Origin: Zootoca vivipara
Lineage: Eukaryota
Assembly: GCF_963506605.1 (NCBI RefSeq)
Contig: NC_083288.1
Span: forward strand, 4,774,001-4,838,000
DNA: 64,000 nt
Reading direction: 5' to 3'
Position 1 is the first letter of the stretch, and each line of letters opens with the position of its first letter. Both the position numbers and the translations under genes were made by a program. Shown piece after piece: positions 1 through 12,990 of the stretch. The notes beneath the pieces are model-generated. The model saw only the letters and a program-made list of their open reading frames with translations. It searched no databases and was not told the DNA's origin.

Positions 1-86
1 TTCTGGTTAGTAAACGCACCAATCATAATAATAATAAAAAAACAGACCAAGAACTCAGGCCAATATAAGATTCAATAGTGAGAATA

Positions 87-329
87 CAGTGGTACCTCTA
101 CTTACGAATTTAATGCGTTCCGAACGCACATTCATAAGTAGAAAAAAATTGTAAGTTGAATCCCATATGAATGCATTGGGAGCAAAAATTCATAAGTAGA
201 AGCAACCCTATCTAAAAATTCGCAAGTAGAAAAAATCCTATCTAAACTGCATCCAAGATGGCGGACGGAGCTCCATTCGTAAGTAGAAACATTCGTAAGT
301 AGAGTTATTCGTAAGTAGAGGTACCACTG
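87..329. mobile_element. Tc1/mariner (Tigger/pogo-like) MITE
   Basis: TIR CAGTGGTACCTCTACTTAC, TA on both sides; near-identical copy at 11542-11786. Confidence 0.9.
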
Positions 330-715
330 TAGTCCCTACTCACAAATCAATTATGAATTGTAAAAACAAGAATACATATAGTCATACAGGGATTGTAACT
401 TCACAAGGATAGATACAAAGCAATAATCTGTTACAGCATTAAATATGAAAGTCTTTAAATTGGGTCGAATTCATGCTAGTCCAAAATCAGGATATATCAA
501 TGTCGTGTTTGATGTAAGAATCTTACAGACTCAATCATTAATCTGTAGTCAGACAGGGCCCTGTTTTGGTGTCTTCACCTTCATCAGCTAGGTTTAAAGA
601 GATCATATAAAAAAAGACACGCTGAGAATCTCAGGATACATATTGATCTTTTCAAACTTTAACTCTGGGAGACGCAGGAAATAATAGGAAACATTTATAT
701 GATCTCTTTAAACCT

Positions 716-992
716 AGAAGGGCAACCCAGATGATCAAGGGTCTGGAAACCAAGCCTGATGAGGAATGGTTGAAGGAGCTGGGTATATTTAGCCTGTAAA
801 AGAGGAGATTTGAGAGGAGATATAATAGCCATCTTCAACTATCTTAAGGGGTGTCACATGGAAGATGGAACAAACTTGTTTACTCCTGCTCTGGAGGATA
901 GGACTTGAACCCAATTTCTTCAAGCTACAAGAAAGTAGATTCTGACTAAACATCAGGAAGAACTTGGGTCATCTAGTACAATTCTATGATTC
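716..992 (+). mobile_element. CR1 LINE 3' fragment
   Basis: ggctgaaggagctggg-like ORF2 end and ATTCTATGATTC tail. Confidence 0.8.
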
Positions 993-1039
993 AGGTTGGG
1001 CCTTCTTTCCTTTTGAATGACAGCAGAGGCAAGTAGGTG

Positions 1040-1660
1040 TTAGCGCTTCTGCCTTCTTTCTGGCACCCAGTAACATTTCTCCATCTTTTCCATGCAAGGG
1101 ACCTACTACTTGTTTGTTCTTCCTCTTGCTTCAAACATAGCCAAAGAAACATTTTTTATTATTTTGAACTTCTCTTGCAAGCCTGAGTTCATTCTGAGCT
1201 TTGACCTGAACTTCACCCTGCAACTGTTGGCTACTTCTGTAGACTCTTCCTTCATGATTTCTGCTTTCTTCCATTTTTTATACATACCCTTCTTTCATCT
1301 CAGCTCATCCATAAGCTTGTTATGCAGTCACACCTGTTTCTTTAGGTGCCTCCCACTTTTCTTTCTTGTTGAAATTGTCTGCCTTTGTGCATTCAATATT
1401 TTACCTTTAAGAAACTCCCATCCATCTTGCACTCTTTTTTTGAGTATTTCTGGCTGTGGAATCTCACCCAGTAGTTCCTTCAGCTTTTTGAAATTGACCT
1501 TCTTTAAGTCTTGAATGCATATCTTACTGTACTCCGCTTTCCTTTGCCTCTGTATCATGACACCCAAGAGGACATGATCACTTCCTCCCAAGGTACCCTG
1601 AACTTTTGCTTCATCAGTCAGTTCCTCCCTATGGGTGAGGACCAGGTCCAAAAGAAATGA
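1040..1660 (-). mobile_element. CR1 LINE ORF2 fragment (end of endonuclease region)
   Basis: ORF 1328-1663: LDLVLT…GTLGGSDH, typical CR1 APE motif. Confidence 0.85.
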
Positions 1661-1863
1661 CACTTCCCTCTCCTGTGGTTTCTGTCAGCTGGTATTCAGA
1701 AGAAATAAAGAGCCAGTCATCTGACCACCTCATAAATGCTGTGTGGACCCACACACAGTTCATTCCATTGATTATGTGGCGCAATCCACAGATCAGCATT
1801 CTGAGCCTAGCATGGGTCTGAGGAGAGCAAAAGGGGAAGGTTCACTCCAGCATGTGGCATGAA

Positions 1864-2348
1864 CAGGCCCGTCTTACCCATAGAGGCGAGTGGCATAGGG
1901 CTCCAAGTTATGGAGAGCGCCAGGCGAGAGTCCGGGGAACACCGAACGAGCGCGCTGAGTGAGCGAGGCTGCGTGCACCGCTCCCGCAGAGTGGTGGCTT
2001 GGTTTTTCCCCTTTTAGCCTGCAGGCGCCAAATTCTGTGGGGCGCCAGAAGGCTAAAAGGGGAAAAACTGAGCCGTACTGTGCGGAAGTGGCACAATGCG
2101 CCCTCGCTTGCTCTGTGCAGGCCCGCTCACTCAGTGTGCTGCCTGCCGTGGCCACTGTGGCATGAAAGTGGCCAGCTGAGCTGGGAGGTGCCGCGTCCAG
2201 CCTCCACATCTTCCCTGCCGGAGGAGCCACCCTCCAGCCGCTGCCCACCTCCTCCAGCCCTAAAAAAAAAGGTCGACAACTCTGGGAAGGGGAGGGGGGC
2301 AAGAGGGATCTTTGCACCACGGCACCGGATATGCTTAAGACGGCCCTG
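1864..2348. mobile_element. Non-autonomous hAT element, GC-rich, 485 bp
   Basis: TIR CAGG(C/G)CCGTCTTA; exact 8-bp TSD GGCATGAA (1856-1863, 2349-2356). Confidence 0.9.
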
Positions 2349-2539
2349 GGCATGAACTGGAATCCTCTCCAGTCCTGGTTTCAACTCCCATCATGGCCTG
2401 CTTTTCCAGATATTAGGCAAATGGTCCCTAGCTTTCCCATCCACAGTGTGTTTTAATGGTCTGTTGTTTTTAGCTAGCAGCCTGTAATGTATTTACCACT
2501 TTTGGAGTGGTCGTAACAGAGTGTTTATTTGCTTTCTAG

Positions 2540-2626
2540 GCAGAAGAGTGTTCAATGAGGATGGCTGGGGATTATGGCAGTGAAGAACCTTTAAAGTCCA
2601 CAACAGAAAGTGAGCTGTACCTTGAT
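2540..2626 (+). CDS. COBL: COBL coding exon, 87 nt, phase 0-0 (AEECSMRMAGDYGSEEPLKSTTESELYLD); probable cassette exon
   Basis: tttctag acceptor and gtaagt donor; open, multiple of 3; in frame with the next exon; lies where mammalian Cobl has an acidic optional segment before the second KRAP exon. Confidence 0.75.
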
Positions 2627-2680
2627 GTAAGTACTAACATGGCCTCTGGGTGGTGCTGGTGCAATAATAATAATCAAACA

Positions 2681-2892
2681 AAATAAAAAAATTCCTTCAG
2701 TAGCACCTTAAAGACCAACTAAGTTTTTATTTTGGTATGAGCTTTCGTGTGCATGCACACTTCTTCAGATACCTGAAGAAGTGTGCATGCACACGAAAGC
2801 TCATACCAAAATAAAAACTTAGTTGGTCTTTAAGGTGCTACTGAAGGAATTTTTTTATTTTACTTCGATCCAGACCAACACGGCTACCTACC
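2681..2892. mobile_element. Palindromic Penelope-like element remnant (inverted pseudo-LTR)
   Basis: About 90-bp inverted arms; 12-bp TSD AATAATCAAACA; CTGAAGA…GAAAGCTC core; same family at 30396 and 36296. Confidence 0.8.
2734..2773 (-). ncRNA. Minimal type I hammerhead ribozyme motif
   Basis: GGUAU-CUGAAGA-A-GUGUG CAUG CACAC-GAAA-GC-UC-AUACC: stem I, intact core, stem II, palindromic AGCU stem III. Confidence 0.7.
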
Positions 2893-3289
2893 AATAATCA
2901 AACAGTAAGTGCAAGCAAGTTGAGGTGCAATGGTCTATTTCATTGTTCTGATGGAACTCAGTCCTGTTTAACCAACAACAAAGAAGAGGGGGAGGGTAGG
3001 TATTCAATATCTCATAGAGTTGTTGGGTTTTTTTGTTCACAAAGGCTTATGATTTCAATTTGTTGATCTTTGTAAATCTGTTAGACGCTTGGTGGCTTTG
3101 CTGCAAAAGACTAACAAGTCCCCCCCCCCCCCGGGTTATATTATATACTCCCCACAGGGAATACATCCAAATAACCAAGTTAGCAAGTTCCTTTATGTCA
3201 TTAAAATTAAATTAGACTGTGAAAAGTACATTCAGTAAAAATAAATTGACCTGGGATATACGGTACTTACCAAGTAGTATAGAAACATA

Positions 3290-3534
3290 AAGGTAAAGGT
3301 AAAGGAACCGCTGACCATTAGGTCCAGTCGTGACCGACTCTGGGGTTGCGCGCTCATCTTGCATTATTGGCCGAGGGAGCCGGCGTACAGCTTCCAGGTC
3401 ATGTGGCCAGCATGACAAAGCTGCTTCTGGCAAACCAGAGCAGCACATGGAAACACCGTTTACCTTCCCGCTGTAGCGGTTCCTATTTATCTACTTGCAT
3501 TTTGACGTGCTTTCGAACTGCTAGGTTGGCAGGA
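3290..3534 (-). mobile_element. Sauria SINE (Squam1), 5'-truncated
   Basis: (ACCTTT)n tail; 14-bp TSD AGTATAGAAACATA. Confidence 0.92.
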
Positions 3535-3989
3535 AGTATAGAAACATAGATATATGAAAAAGATATGTCCTCTATATGTTGGCATGGATTCTTCTCATTT
3601 GAGTTAAGTGGCTCTCCTCTATTGCCCCCTCAGATGTACCACACCACACCCCCCCAATGAATTAAAGTTTGTGAAATACTGGGGTTGGGCTAACAAGTTC
3701 CATGGGAACAGACAATTTGGCACAGGATTGTCATGTATAAAATGTTACAGAAGCTTGGAAAGGAATGGTAGACAAGGGCAGAGATTTGCTAAAAACCTAA
3801 AATGGTCAAAGAAAAATAGCAAAAATCCTACTGGGCACACCCAAATCCTTAGGCATGCCTAAAATAGTCCTTTGGATTCAGACTATGAAAGTGGGAGGTG
3901 ATGATCATCAGCTTTGTAATTAATATATGCATATGCATTTGCACAGTTAACATAAAATTTAGTAGAATCTCAGTTTGCTTAATGACATA

Positions 3990-4156
3990 AAGGTAAAGGT
4001 AAAGGGACCCCTGACCATTAGGTCCAGTCGTGACCGACTCTGGGGTTGCGGCGCTCATCTCACTTTATTGGCTGAGGGAGCCGGCATACAGCTTCCGGGT
4101 CATGTGGCCAGCATGACAAAGCCGCTTCTTTGCGAACCAGAGCAGCGCACGGAAAC
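3990..4156 (-). mobile_element. Sauria SINE, 5'-truncated
   Basis: Tail plus 13-bp TSD GCTTAATGACATA. Confidence 0.92.
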
Positions 4157-5032
4157 GCTTAATGACATACTCTGGTGTAATTTAATTCCAATTCCAGGTT
4201 TTTATGCTGGATCCACAGTGTTTCAGATAATACTAGAAACTGGCCTGCAGGTTGTAGTAACACTGGTTTGCATTGTTAAAAATCCTAATGGAAATATATT
4301 TAACCAACTGGGGTTAAAAACACATTGAAGACAATTAATCAAGAGTTTCCAGAAGGAGACCTTTTTTTTTTTACCTTCCATCTGGCATCTGTTAAGATGA
4401 GATAGTGAGTAGAGATTCTTTTAGTGCATATAGATAGAGTCCTTCAAATGTAAACATTTTGAGCAGCTGGCTACAGAGATTAGAAAACCTTGGATGGGAG
4501 AGGAGTAATAGTCTACATATTCTAAATTTAAATAAAACCAAATCAGGACCTTTTTCAAGTACAAGAGGCTTAGAGCACAAAGACTGTGTACTCTGATGTT
4601 AAAAATATTGTAAAATAAAAGTATAATGAATCTCCCACTTCATGTCTTGCCTGTTTCTAAGTTTAGTGGAGAGTCTGAGCTGAGTTCAAATTGTCCGAGA
4701 GAAATTGTGGTAACATACAGTTTGCCAGAGAAAGACTGCATTCAGATGAGATTTGGACTTGTATACTTCCTCCTTCTCTTGTGTGCAAAGATTAGCATTT
4801 TTGAATCCCAGTTTGTGGCAAGATACAGTTTGCTATTTCATCTGAATTAGTAAACTATGGCTCGTATATTTTCTGATAATGAGAATCATAAGCCACGAGG
4901 GTGCGCGATTCTCAGCACAAGACTACCAGTGTACCTGCTAAGATGAGACTAAAAGTATATATAATCCAGAATGCTGTTCTCCCAGTGGTCAACCAGATGC
5001 CTGTACATGAGTGCAGTAGCACTCACTGAATG

Positions 5033-5297
5033 GTAGAGTTGGAAGGGACCCCAAAGGTTGTCTAGTCCAACCCCCTGCAATGAAGGAATCTCAACTAAAG
5101 CATCCATGACAGATGGCCATCCAACTTCTTAAAAACCTCCAGTGAAGGAGAGTCCACCACCTTCCGAGGGAGACACTTCCACTGGTATTCAGAAGCAGAC
5201 TCCTCTTGATACTGGAAATCATCCAGCCATTGTAAGCCGCAGCCACAGACAGCCGTATCATCCATGAATTTGCTCCATTCCCCTTTAAAGCTGTCCA
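5033..5297 (-). mobile_element. CR1 3' fragments
   Basis: tagagttggaagggacccc…tctagtccaacccc CR1 3' end. Confidence 0.75.
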
Positions 5298-5485
5298 ATC
5301 AGGGTAACCCTCTCATGAATATTTCTGTATCCTACTATGCATGCTTTTAAAGAGTAGACATTCATTTCAGGGATGAGCCAGAGGTTTCAAGTTCCCCAGA
5401 GGGAGGGGAAGACTTAGGGTTGGAGGAAGGAAGAGGTGTGTCCAAGCGGGATAATGAGGAGAGAGCTGTTCAAGTCACTCTAGAG

Positions 5486-5567
5486 CAGGCACCCCCAAAC
5501 TTCGGCCCTCCAGATGTTTTGGATTACAATTCCCATCTTCCCTGACCACTGGTCCTGTTAGCTAGGG
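5486..5567. mobile_element. Truncated copy of the 136-bp palindromic hAT MITE
   Basis: Matches the 5' half of the copies at 20111 and 41448. Confidence 0.8.
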
Positions 5568-6693
5568 TGCTAATGGCCCGTTGTAAATTCTGTATATAAA
5601 TAGACTATAAAAACATCAAGAGACTTTTGTGGTGATTGTGTGAAGAGAAGAAGCCTGTCAGCCCTGACAATTCATATCACATTTTATCTAGTGAAGTCGA
5701 TGTTGCCACTTTCAGTTTTTGCATCTCCACTTTTTACATGCCTTAACTGTGGCCTTGGCCTGTATCATTGTCAAAGGGTTGGGGTGTTATATCTGCACTG
5801 GCCTGTCTTGTGGGATTTGTGGCTAGCTGGCTGCGGGAAGCAAGCTTTTCTTCATTGTGTGTCAGTCATGAGGAAAGGAAATTTATTATGAATGGAATGA
5901 GATATAAGAAGAAATCAAGTGCACACAAAGATATTGACAAGTGACATTTTTATGTCATGTTTACGTTTTAAATATTAAACATGTTCTTCTTGCATGATTT
6001 AGAATTACGTTTTTGTTCTTAGAATTCTAACATATTTGCTCAAAGACATTTATCCTTGTCCTTTAAAGGACATGGATGAGTTCTTGGGGACTGAATCCAT
6101 ATTTTTCATGAATTTTTAATGTCTGTAAGATGATAGTGAGGTATGTTTAGAGCATACCAATGAAGGCCCATCTCTGATGGAGTGAAGCTGTAAATGCTGT
6201 GATTTTGTAAAGGCCTCCACCAGCTCCCATTAGCATCCTCTTTCTCCTTCACGGGACAGCACCCCACTCTGCTCAGGCACAAAGTTTCTGCCTAGGATCC
6301 CCCTTTGATTTTCCCACCAGGTTTCTAGGGGAGCCCCAAAGTCCAGCACAGAGCAAGACATGTTTCTGCCTATCCAGCTTCCAGCATCAGCCAAGCTCTC
6401 ACACTCTTGCATACACAGCACCCCCTACCCCTTGACCTGTTGCTCTCCATCCTTGAAGAAGGTGGGATCCAGGCAGGTGAGGGAAGTGGGGAAAGTGACT
6501 TCCCTCTTCCTGGAGATTTGGCCACATTGTATTAGCAGCGACATCTAATGCACCTAAAAACACAAGAGGAAGATGTTCAAGATGGCTTAGTGTGAGGTGG
6601 CATTTCCCCCCTGCCAAGATATATATTTTAGGGACTAGCTGAAACGTCATATTTAAGAGATTTTAATGAGATTGTGAATTTATTTTCTTACAG

Positions 6694-6888
6694 GGAGTTG
6701 CAACAGCTCCACATTCTTCTTCAGTGGATTCACGTTCCTTTACTTTGGGTCCATCACAGTCTTTGGGGAACATCTCAGGAATTACTGGAAGCACCGAAAT
6801 GAAAAAGCGTAGAGCTCCTCCACCCCCAGTGGTGATTCCTCAGACGCAGGGTGAGGAGACCAGCAGTCCAGAGAAAACACAGAGTCAG
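6694..6888 (+). CDS. COBL: COBL coding exon with KRAP motif (…[17 protein letters not shown]…[11 protein letters not shown]…)
   Basis: ttcttacag acceptor, gtaagg donor, 195 nt; peptide matches the recalled [29 protein letters not shown] segment. Confidence 0.95.
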
Positions 6889-7029
6889 GTAAGGACTGTA
6901 TAGCAAAGTGAACAAAATCATGAAAACTCAGCACAAGCTATATTTAAATAAATGCACCTGTTTGCAAAATTTGGCTAGGGGCATTTAGAGCAGCGAGTGC
7001 TAGTCTTCATATCATTCTTCCGCCTAGAA

Positions 7030-7165
7030 CAGGCACAGGCAAACTCGGCCCTTCAGATGTTTTGGGACTTCAACTCCCATCATCCCTGATCACTGGTCCT
7101 GTTAGCTAGGGATGATGGGAGCTGTAGTCCCAAAACATCTGGAGGGCCGAGTTTGCCTATGCCTG
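7030..7165. mobile_element. 136-bp palindromic hAT (Charlie-type) MITE
   Basis: CAGGCA…TGCCTG ends; 8-bp TSD GCCTAGAA. Confidence 0.92.
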
Positions 7166-9414
7166 GCCTAGAAAATGCATGAGATTAAGTAGTCAAAACA
7201 GAAATGTCTGGAGTATGGTCAAATATCTATGCTGAAAGGAACTTCTGGGCTTGGAATGCTTTTGTGTTCCTTCCTCCTCTGGGAAGTACACAATGATCAA
7301 CATGGCATGTTATTTAGGCTTCCCACGGTAGATTCAAACCCCTGTGTCCATATTTTTAGTAGCTGGTTCTGAGAGGAAAAGGAAGGTCTGAATGAACCTT
7401 GTGATCTTTTATGGTTTGTGTGTGTCTCCCATGCTTTTCCTATGACACGCATATTCCTAGGCTGCATGAAAACATTATAGGTGGTGAAGGAGATGCAGAG
7501 TGGTATCAGATCCTTTTATTGTTGAGTTATATCCTTGGATTAAATTTATATCCTGCATCTTCCTCCAGAGGAGTGCTGGGCGGCAAACATGTCCATACTC
7601 TAAATTCAACAAAAACTGCTAAAAATAGTTAAAAGCAACCTTCTCAAAAACAGGTTAAAAGAACTTTCTAAAAACACATTAAAACTCTTAAAAGCAGTCT
7701 CAAACTATTAAATTCAGGGTTGCTGGTAACAGAGCTTTCAACCATCTAATGCTTAGATAAACAGGAATGCCATCAAATGCCTGAGTTAAACAGGAGTGTT
7801 TTTAAAATTTCCCTGAAAGTCAACAGTGAGGGAGCCAGATGCATCTCGCTGGGGAGGCCATTCCACAAATGGAGGGCCACCATCAAGTAGGCCTAGATCT
7901 TGTCATGAAAGTGTTTCGGACCCAAAAAGTAAGGATTTTTTTTTAAAGACCTGGGTACCAGTTTCTTGTACCTTCCTAAAATTTAAGACATGGCTTTCAT
8001 GTTAAGTATTTTAGGTACCTGAAAATGCCCCTAAATTACAATGTCCTTAGGGAGATGACGTAGTTATGAAAGGGAAGTTGTCTTTGTAATAGTTTGCATT
8101 GCTGAGGCCTGGATGCAACATGTCAGGCTAAATGCTGTAGACTCCTTAAAACTAAAAAAAACCCCACAGAAACAGGCCAAAGTCTTTTTCTACTCAGCTC
8201 ACCTACCTGGAGCTACATTTGCCTTGCTTTTTGTTTCTGAAAGTATACTTGAAAGCTCCTTCTGTGACTAAACATTGCCGGATATGTTTGTATGCTTGTA
8301 TTTAGGTTTAGTTAAGTCACAGAATCTGGTTTGGCCTAACTGTTTAACTTAATGTAGACACCAGAATAAATTTATTCCACATCAACTGGACTAACTGTCC
8401 TGAATGAAACTCATGACATGGAAATCAACCCTCAGGGGGAAAGAAAGAAAAGGCAGCATTATACAGGAAGGAAGCAACAGGGGTACTGTTTGTTTGGAAA
8501 CACCAACAGACAAAACTTAAAGGTGTGTAGGTTATCCAGTCTGTGAAAATGCCAGCGTGTTCATTTATTTCTTTAGTTTATGGGGATGAACTTGCATTCC
8601 ATCCCCAAGGAAGAACGTCAATTCCTTATTAATTGACTTCCTTCCATAAACAGATAAGATGTTTGCTTACAGACATTTATTTGTGTACAACTGTTACTAA
8701 CAGGAATATCCTGCAATGGGAGAACATGTTTATTTCAGAGAGACTGCAGGATTTTATTTTTTTTAATAGGAAAAAGAAAATACATTCCATGTTTTAAAAA
8801 GGGAGAAACAGAAATTTCTTTCTCATTTTATTAACAACCAAGAAAAAAATACAGAATAGAAATTATATATATATATATATATATACCCTAATAGGCTTCA
8901 TACCTGTTGTACCTATTCTGTGACAGGGTAGGTACACATATCAGGAAACTCTTTATCTTGACCCTTAATCCTCCTAAAGTTAGGCATGACTGAGGCTGCA
9001 GTAGTATGCACACATTTACTTTGGATTAAAAACCAAATGGCTGGTGCCAGTTTGCCAAGTGGGGGGAAAAAATCCTACCAGGCCCCTTCAACAGGCGACC
9101 AACCGAGGTCCATAGCAAGGTCAAAGGATAAGAGCCTAATCCGAGGGAGGGAGGGAGGGAGAACTGCAGGAGCGGGAACCAGAAGAAGGGGCAAGTTCCT
9201 GCCCGTGGCTGCCTAAATAGAAGATGCCACGCCCCCCGCTGCCCGGATTGGTCGGCCTGGGGGTGTGACATGGAGGGGACTCCTTATGATGCGGGGGGGG
9301 GGCCTGGCCACATCCCCGCGCATGAGGCGGGCTCGTCTCCAGCCCGCAACTCCATTTCCCTGGGAAGGGAAATGGCTTTCCAGACCACCACGGTCAAGTC
9401 AATATCACACAATG

Positions 9415-9600
9415 AAGTGAGTCGCACAATATATTTGGTTTCCCAGTACAGATACAAGTTATGTTTACACTATAGACTTTTAAGTGTGCAGTAGCATTAT
9501 GTTTTAAAATACAATGTACATACCATGATTTAAAAATACATTATGGTTAAAACATGCTAACAATAATTTGAGCCTTCAGTGAGTCGTAATATTTTCATAA
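9415..9600. mobile_element. hAT-Charlie (Charlie1-like) internal fragment
   Basis: tttggtttcccagt…gttatgtttacactata…aagtgtgca…tgagccttcagtgagtcgtaat resembles the Charlie1 consensus as I recall it. Confidence 0.55.
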
Positions 9601-10774
9601 GGAGCAGCAGGAGGCTCCTCCAGTCCTTCAGTTTGTAAAAAGACACAATATCTGCAAAGTGCATGGATGTTTGGGAAAGCATCTGCTGCTTCAGGACCAT
9701 ATTTCCTCATGGGCAAAGCCAATGGCAAACAGTGGGTTGGGCAACAAATGTGAATCTTACATTTATATAGCAGGCTACATTCTAGCCATAGAAAGAGGAA
9801 AAACACTTTTAAATGGCAGAAAAATTAGGAGGGATACATAGAGGAAGGGAAGGGGAAGAAGGAAGGAAGGAACTCTGGTGGCATGGAAAAATAGAGCAGT
9901 TTCAGGAAGCAGAGGGGCTGTGTACAATGAGATCGGGAGCCAAATGTGGTCGCGGGGCCACAGGTTGTCCACCTGCGCTGTAGAGATTTGATTTTTCTTA
10001 AAACATAAAATAAAAGTGTAATGCTTTGGCCTTAATATACTTCCATTGAATTTATTTGGAAGTGAGTTTTTCCTTTCTTTCAATCTCTTTCTATTAATTA
10101 GATAGGATAGGATTCTATGCGCCACTGTGCTAAGGCTGTCTTTTTTAGATTAACGAAGAAACACATTCTGTTTCCGTGACAAAACCAGAAGAGTCCCAAC
10201 TGGCAGAGGGAACATCTTCTATATGTATTCAAATACATTCAGTAAATTTCAGCTGTCACTTGTGACTTGTCTTTCCTTTGTGACAATGAATATGGACAAA
10301 CGTGAGTTTTCTTTACAAAATTGAAAGCTGAGGCTAGATGACTCCTGTGGTCCCTTCCAACTCTACAATTCCATGATTCTATTATTTATATTCATTCATT
10401 TGATTTGATTTATCGATGTGATTTATATTATTTATCGGCTGTTCTTCAAGCATGAGTCTCAGAGCAGATTAAAGTAAAACAACTCACACACAAGCATGTC
10501 TAGGCAACTCAAACCTGCTTGCATTCTGATTGTCGACTAAGCAACAGTGAGACGGTAGCTATGTGAAGAGGATAGATAGGGATCACTAACAAAGCTGTCT
10601 CAGCATTTTTACAAAAACTATACTTCTCAGTTTTTGTTGTAGAAAGTCATATTACATCTGCCCTTCAAGGGCTGCGCTGGTTGTAGACTTGTTTCAAGGC
10701 ACAGTGCAAAGCAGTTGTGATGACCTTTAAAGCCTTAATTGGCTTAGGTTCAAGCTACTGTTGTAGTAATATTA

Positions 10775-10775
<1 letters not shown>

Positions 10776-10815
<40 letters not shown>

Positions 10816-11175
10816 TCCCGCCTATCTGACTGGGTTGCCCCAGCCACTCTGGGCAGGTTCTAACACAAAAACATAATAAAACATTACACATTAAAAAGCT
10901 TCCCTATACACTGTACAGGGCTGCCTTCAGATGTCTTCTAAAGGTTATATAGTTACTCATCTCCTTGACATCTGATAGGAGAGCATTCCACAGGGTGGGC
11001 ACCACCACTGAGAAGGCCCTCTGTTTGGTTCCCTGTAGCCTCACATTGAGGGATCTGCCAGAAGGCCCTCGGTGCTGGATCTCAGTGTCCAGGCTGAATG
11101 ATGGGAGTAGAGACGCCCCTTCAGGTATACAGGGCCAAGGCTGTTTAGGGTTTTAAAATTTGGCACCAGCACTTA
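10776..11175 (-). mobile_element. L2-type LINE 3' end with (CTA)n tail
   Basis: Same family as 38075-38412 and 34456-34656; microsatellite tail. Confidence 0.75.
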
Positions 11176-11541
11176 GGGGCCACCTCTTTCTATAGCACTC
11201 TGCCTATATTGTAAGAGGGGCTCTTCTCCATATTCCAGTTATGGTAGAAACTAGAGAAAGGGCCTTTTATGTGACAGTACCTAAACTGTGAAATTCTTCG
11301 GCCCAAGTGAATCGGTCAGTCTCCCTTCTCTTATGGTGTTTCACCATATGGCAAAAATCTGATTGTGCTTTGGCACCTGAAACTTATCTGTGTTTTTACT
11401 ATTTTATAGTAAAAAGAATAAAATATTATGGTTGGCTTTAATTGTTAGCTGCCCTGAGTAGCACATAGGCTAGAATTTTGTATATAAATGAATAAAAGAA
11501 AATAAATTACAGTTAGGAATAGTTTCAAATGGTTTAGAGTA

Positions 11542-11786
11542 CAGTGGTACCTCTACTTATGAATTTAATGCGTTCCGAACGGCCATTTGTAAGTCGAAAA
11601 AAAATTTGTAAGTCGAATCCCATAGGAATGCATTGGGAGAAAAAATTTGTAAGTCGAAGCAACCCTATCTAAAAATTCGTAAGTAGAAAAAATCCTATCT
11701 AAACCGCATCCAAGATGGCGGATGGAGCTCCATTCGTAAGTAGAAACATTCGTAAATAGAGTTATTCGTAAGTAGAGGTACCACTG
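11542..11786. mobile_element. Tc1/mariner MITE
   Basis: TIR CAGTGGTACCTCTACTTA; TA TSD; copy of 87-329. Confidence 0.9.
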
Positions 11787-12491
11787 TACATGTTACTCTG
11801 CAACAAATTCCTTTGTGAACCTATCCTCAATGGCCTCACTGAGCCCTCCGTTATGTATATTAGCAAGTAAGAACTCAGTAGTCCCATTTTGCAACTGACT
11901 GCATGAGGTCAGTTCATATTATTATTATTTTTACAGTGGCATCAATGTTGCTTCTTCAATGGAAACTGACTTAGGTTTCCTATCCTGAAGGTGCTTAAAA
12001 TAACTGGGAGCTAGACTGGAAAACTTTGCAGAAGGAAATGTGCATCCTGAGCAATAGCTTGCTCCAAATGGGAGAAACTGATTCACAGCATCCTGCCTCA
12101 GAAAGGAGAACAAATCCTATTCTTACTCACAGGAGAGTATTAGATGCACAAGAGATGCCATTCAACATTGAGGGAACAAAGGAAATAGAAAGGTTAAGAT
12201 GATATGTCACACAAGACCTTGCAATCAAAAGAAACTTCCCTTCCTTTCTGAAGGAAGACAAAAACAAACGCAAGTCTCCTGATCGTGTTTTTCTGATTTA
12301 GGTGTCAAGGAGATAACTAATCTTAACCCGCCCATCCTTTTTGCTGACAAAATATTTCCACTGGAAAGTGTTCCCTGACAATGAAGTGTTCACAACATTG
12401 ATCCAAAGTCAAAAGTTACAGCAGAACAAAAAAAGCAAAATATGTAAAACCAAGGCTCACAACCATCAGCGTTCTCCTGCTAAGCATGTGG

Positions 12492-12990
12492 TCATAGAAT
12501 TATAGAGTTGTAAAGGACCCCAAGGATCATCTAGTCCAGGCATAGGCAAACTTGGCCCTCCAGATGTTTTGAGACTACAATTCCCATCATCCCTGACTAC
12601 TGGTCCTGTTAGCTAGGGATGATGGGAGTTGTAGTCCCAAAACATCTGGAGGGCTGAATTTGACTATGCCTGATCTAGTCCAACCCCTTGCAATGCAGGA
12701 ATCTCAATTAAGGCATCCACGACAGATGGTCATCCAAATTCTGCTTTAAAAACCTCCAAGAAAGAAGAGTCCACAACCGCGCCACCCAAAGGAGTATTTC
12801 AATATCAAACAGCTCTTACTGTCAGAAAGTTCTTCCTGATGTTTAGTCGGAATCTCCTTTCTTGTAACTTGAAGCCATTGGTTCAAGTCCTCCCCTCCAG
12901 AGCAGGAGAAAACAAGCTTGCTGCATCTTCCATGTGACAGCCCTTAAGATATTTGAAGATGTCTATCATATCTCCTCTCTGTCTCCTGTC
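12492..12990 (-). mobile_element. CR1 3' fragment interrupted by a hAT MITE
   Basis: catagaattatagagttg tail and ORF2 3' sequence, homologous to 716-992. Confidence 0.8.
12537..12672. mobile_element. 136-bp hAT MITE
   Basis: 8-bp TSD ATCTAGTC. Confidence 0.92.

Noticed and set aside
1945-2140. AAV-ITR-like ctgagtgagcgag / cgctcactcag
   Set aside because: Short match inside a hAT element's internal palindrome; no parvoviral coding sequence
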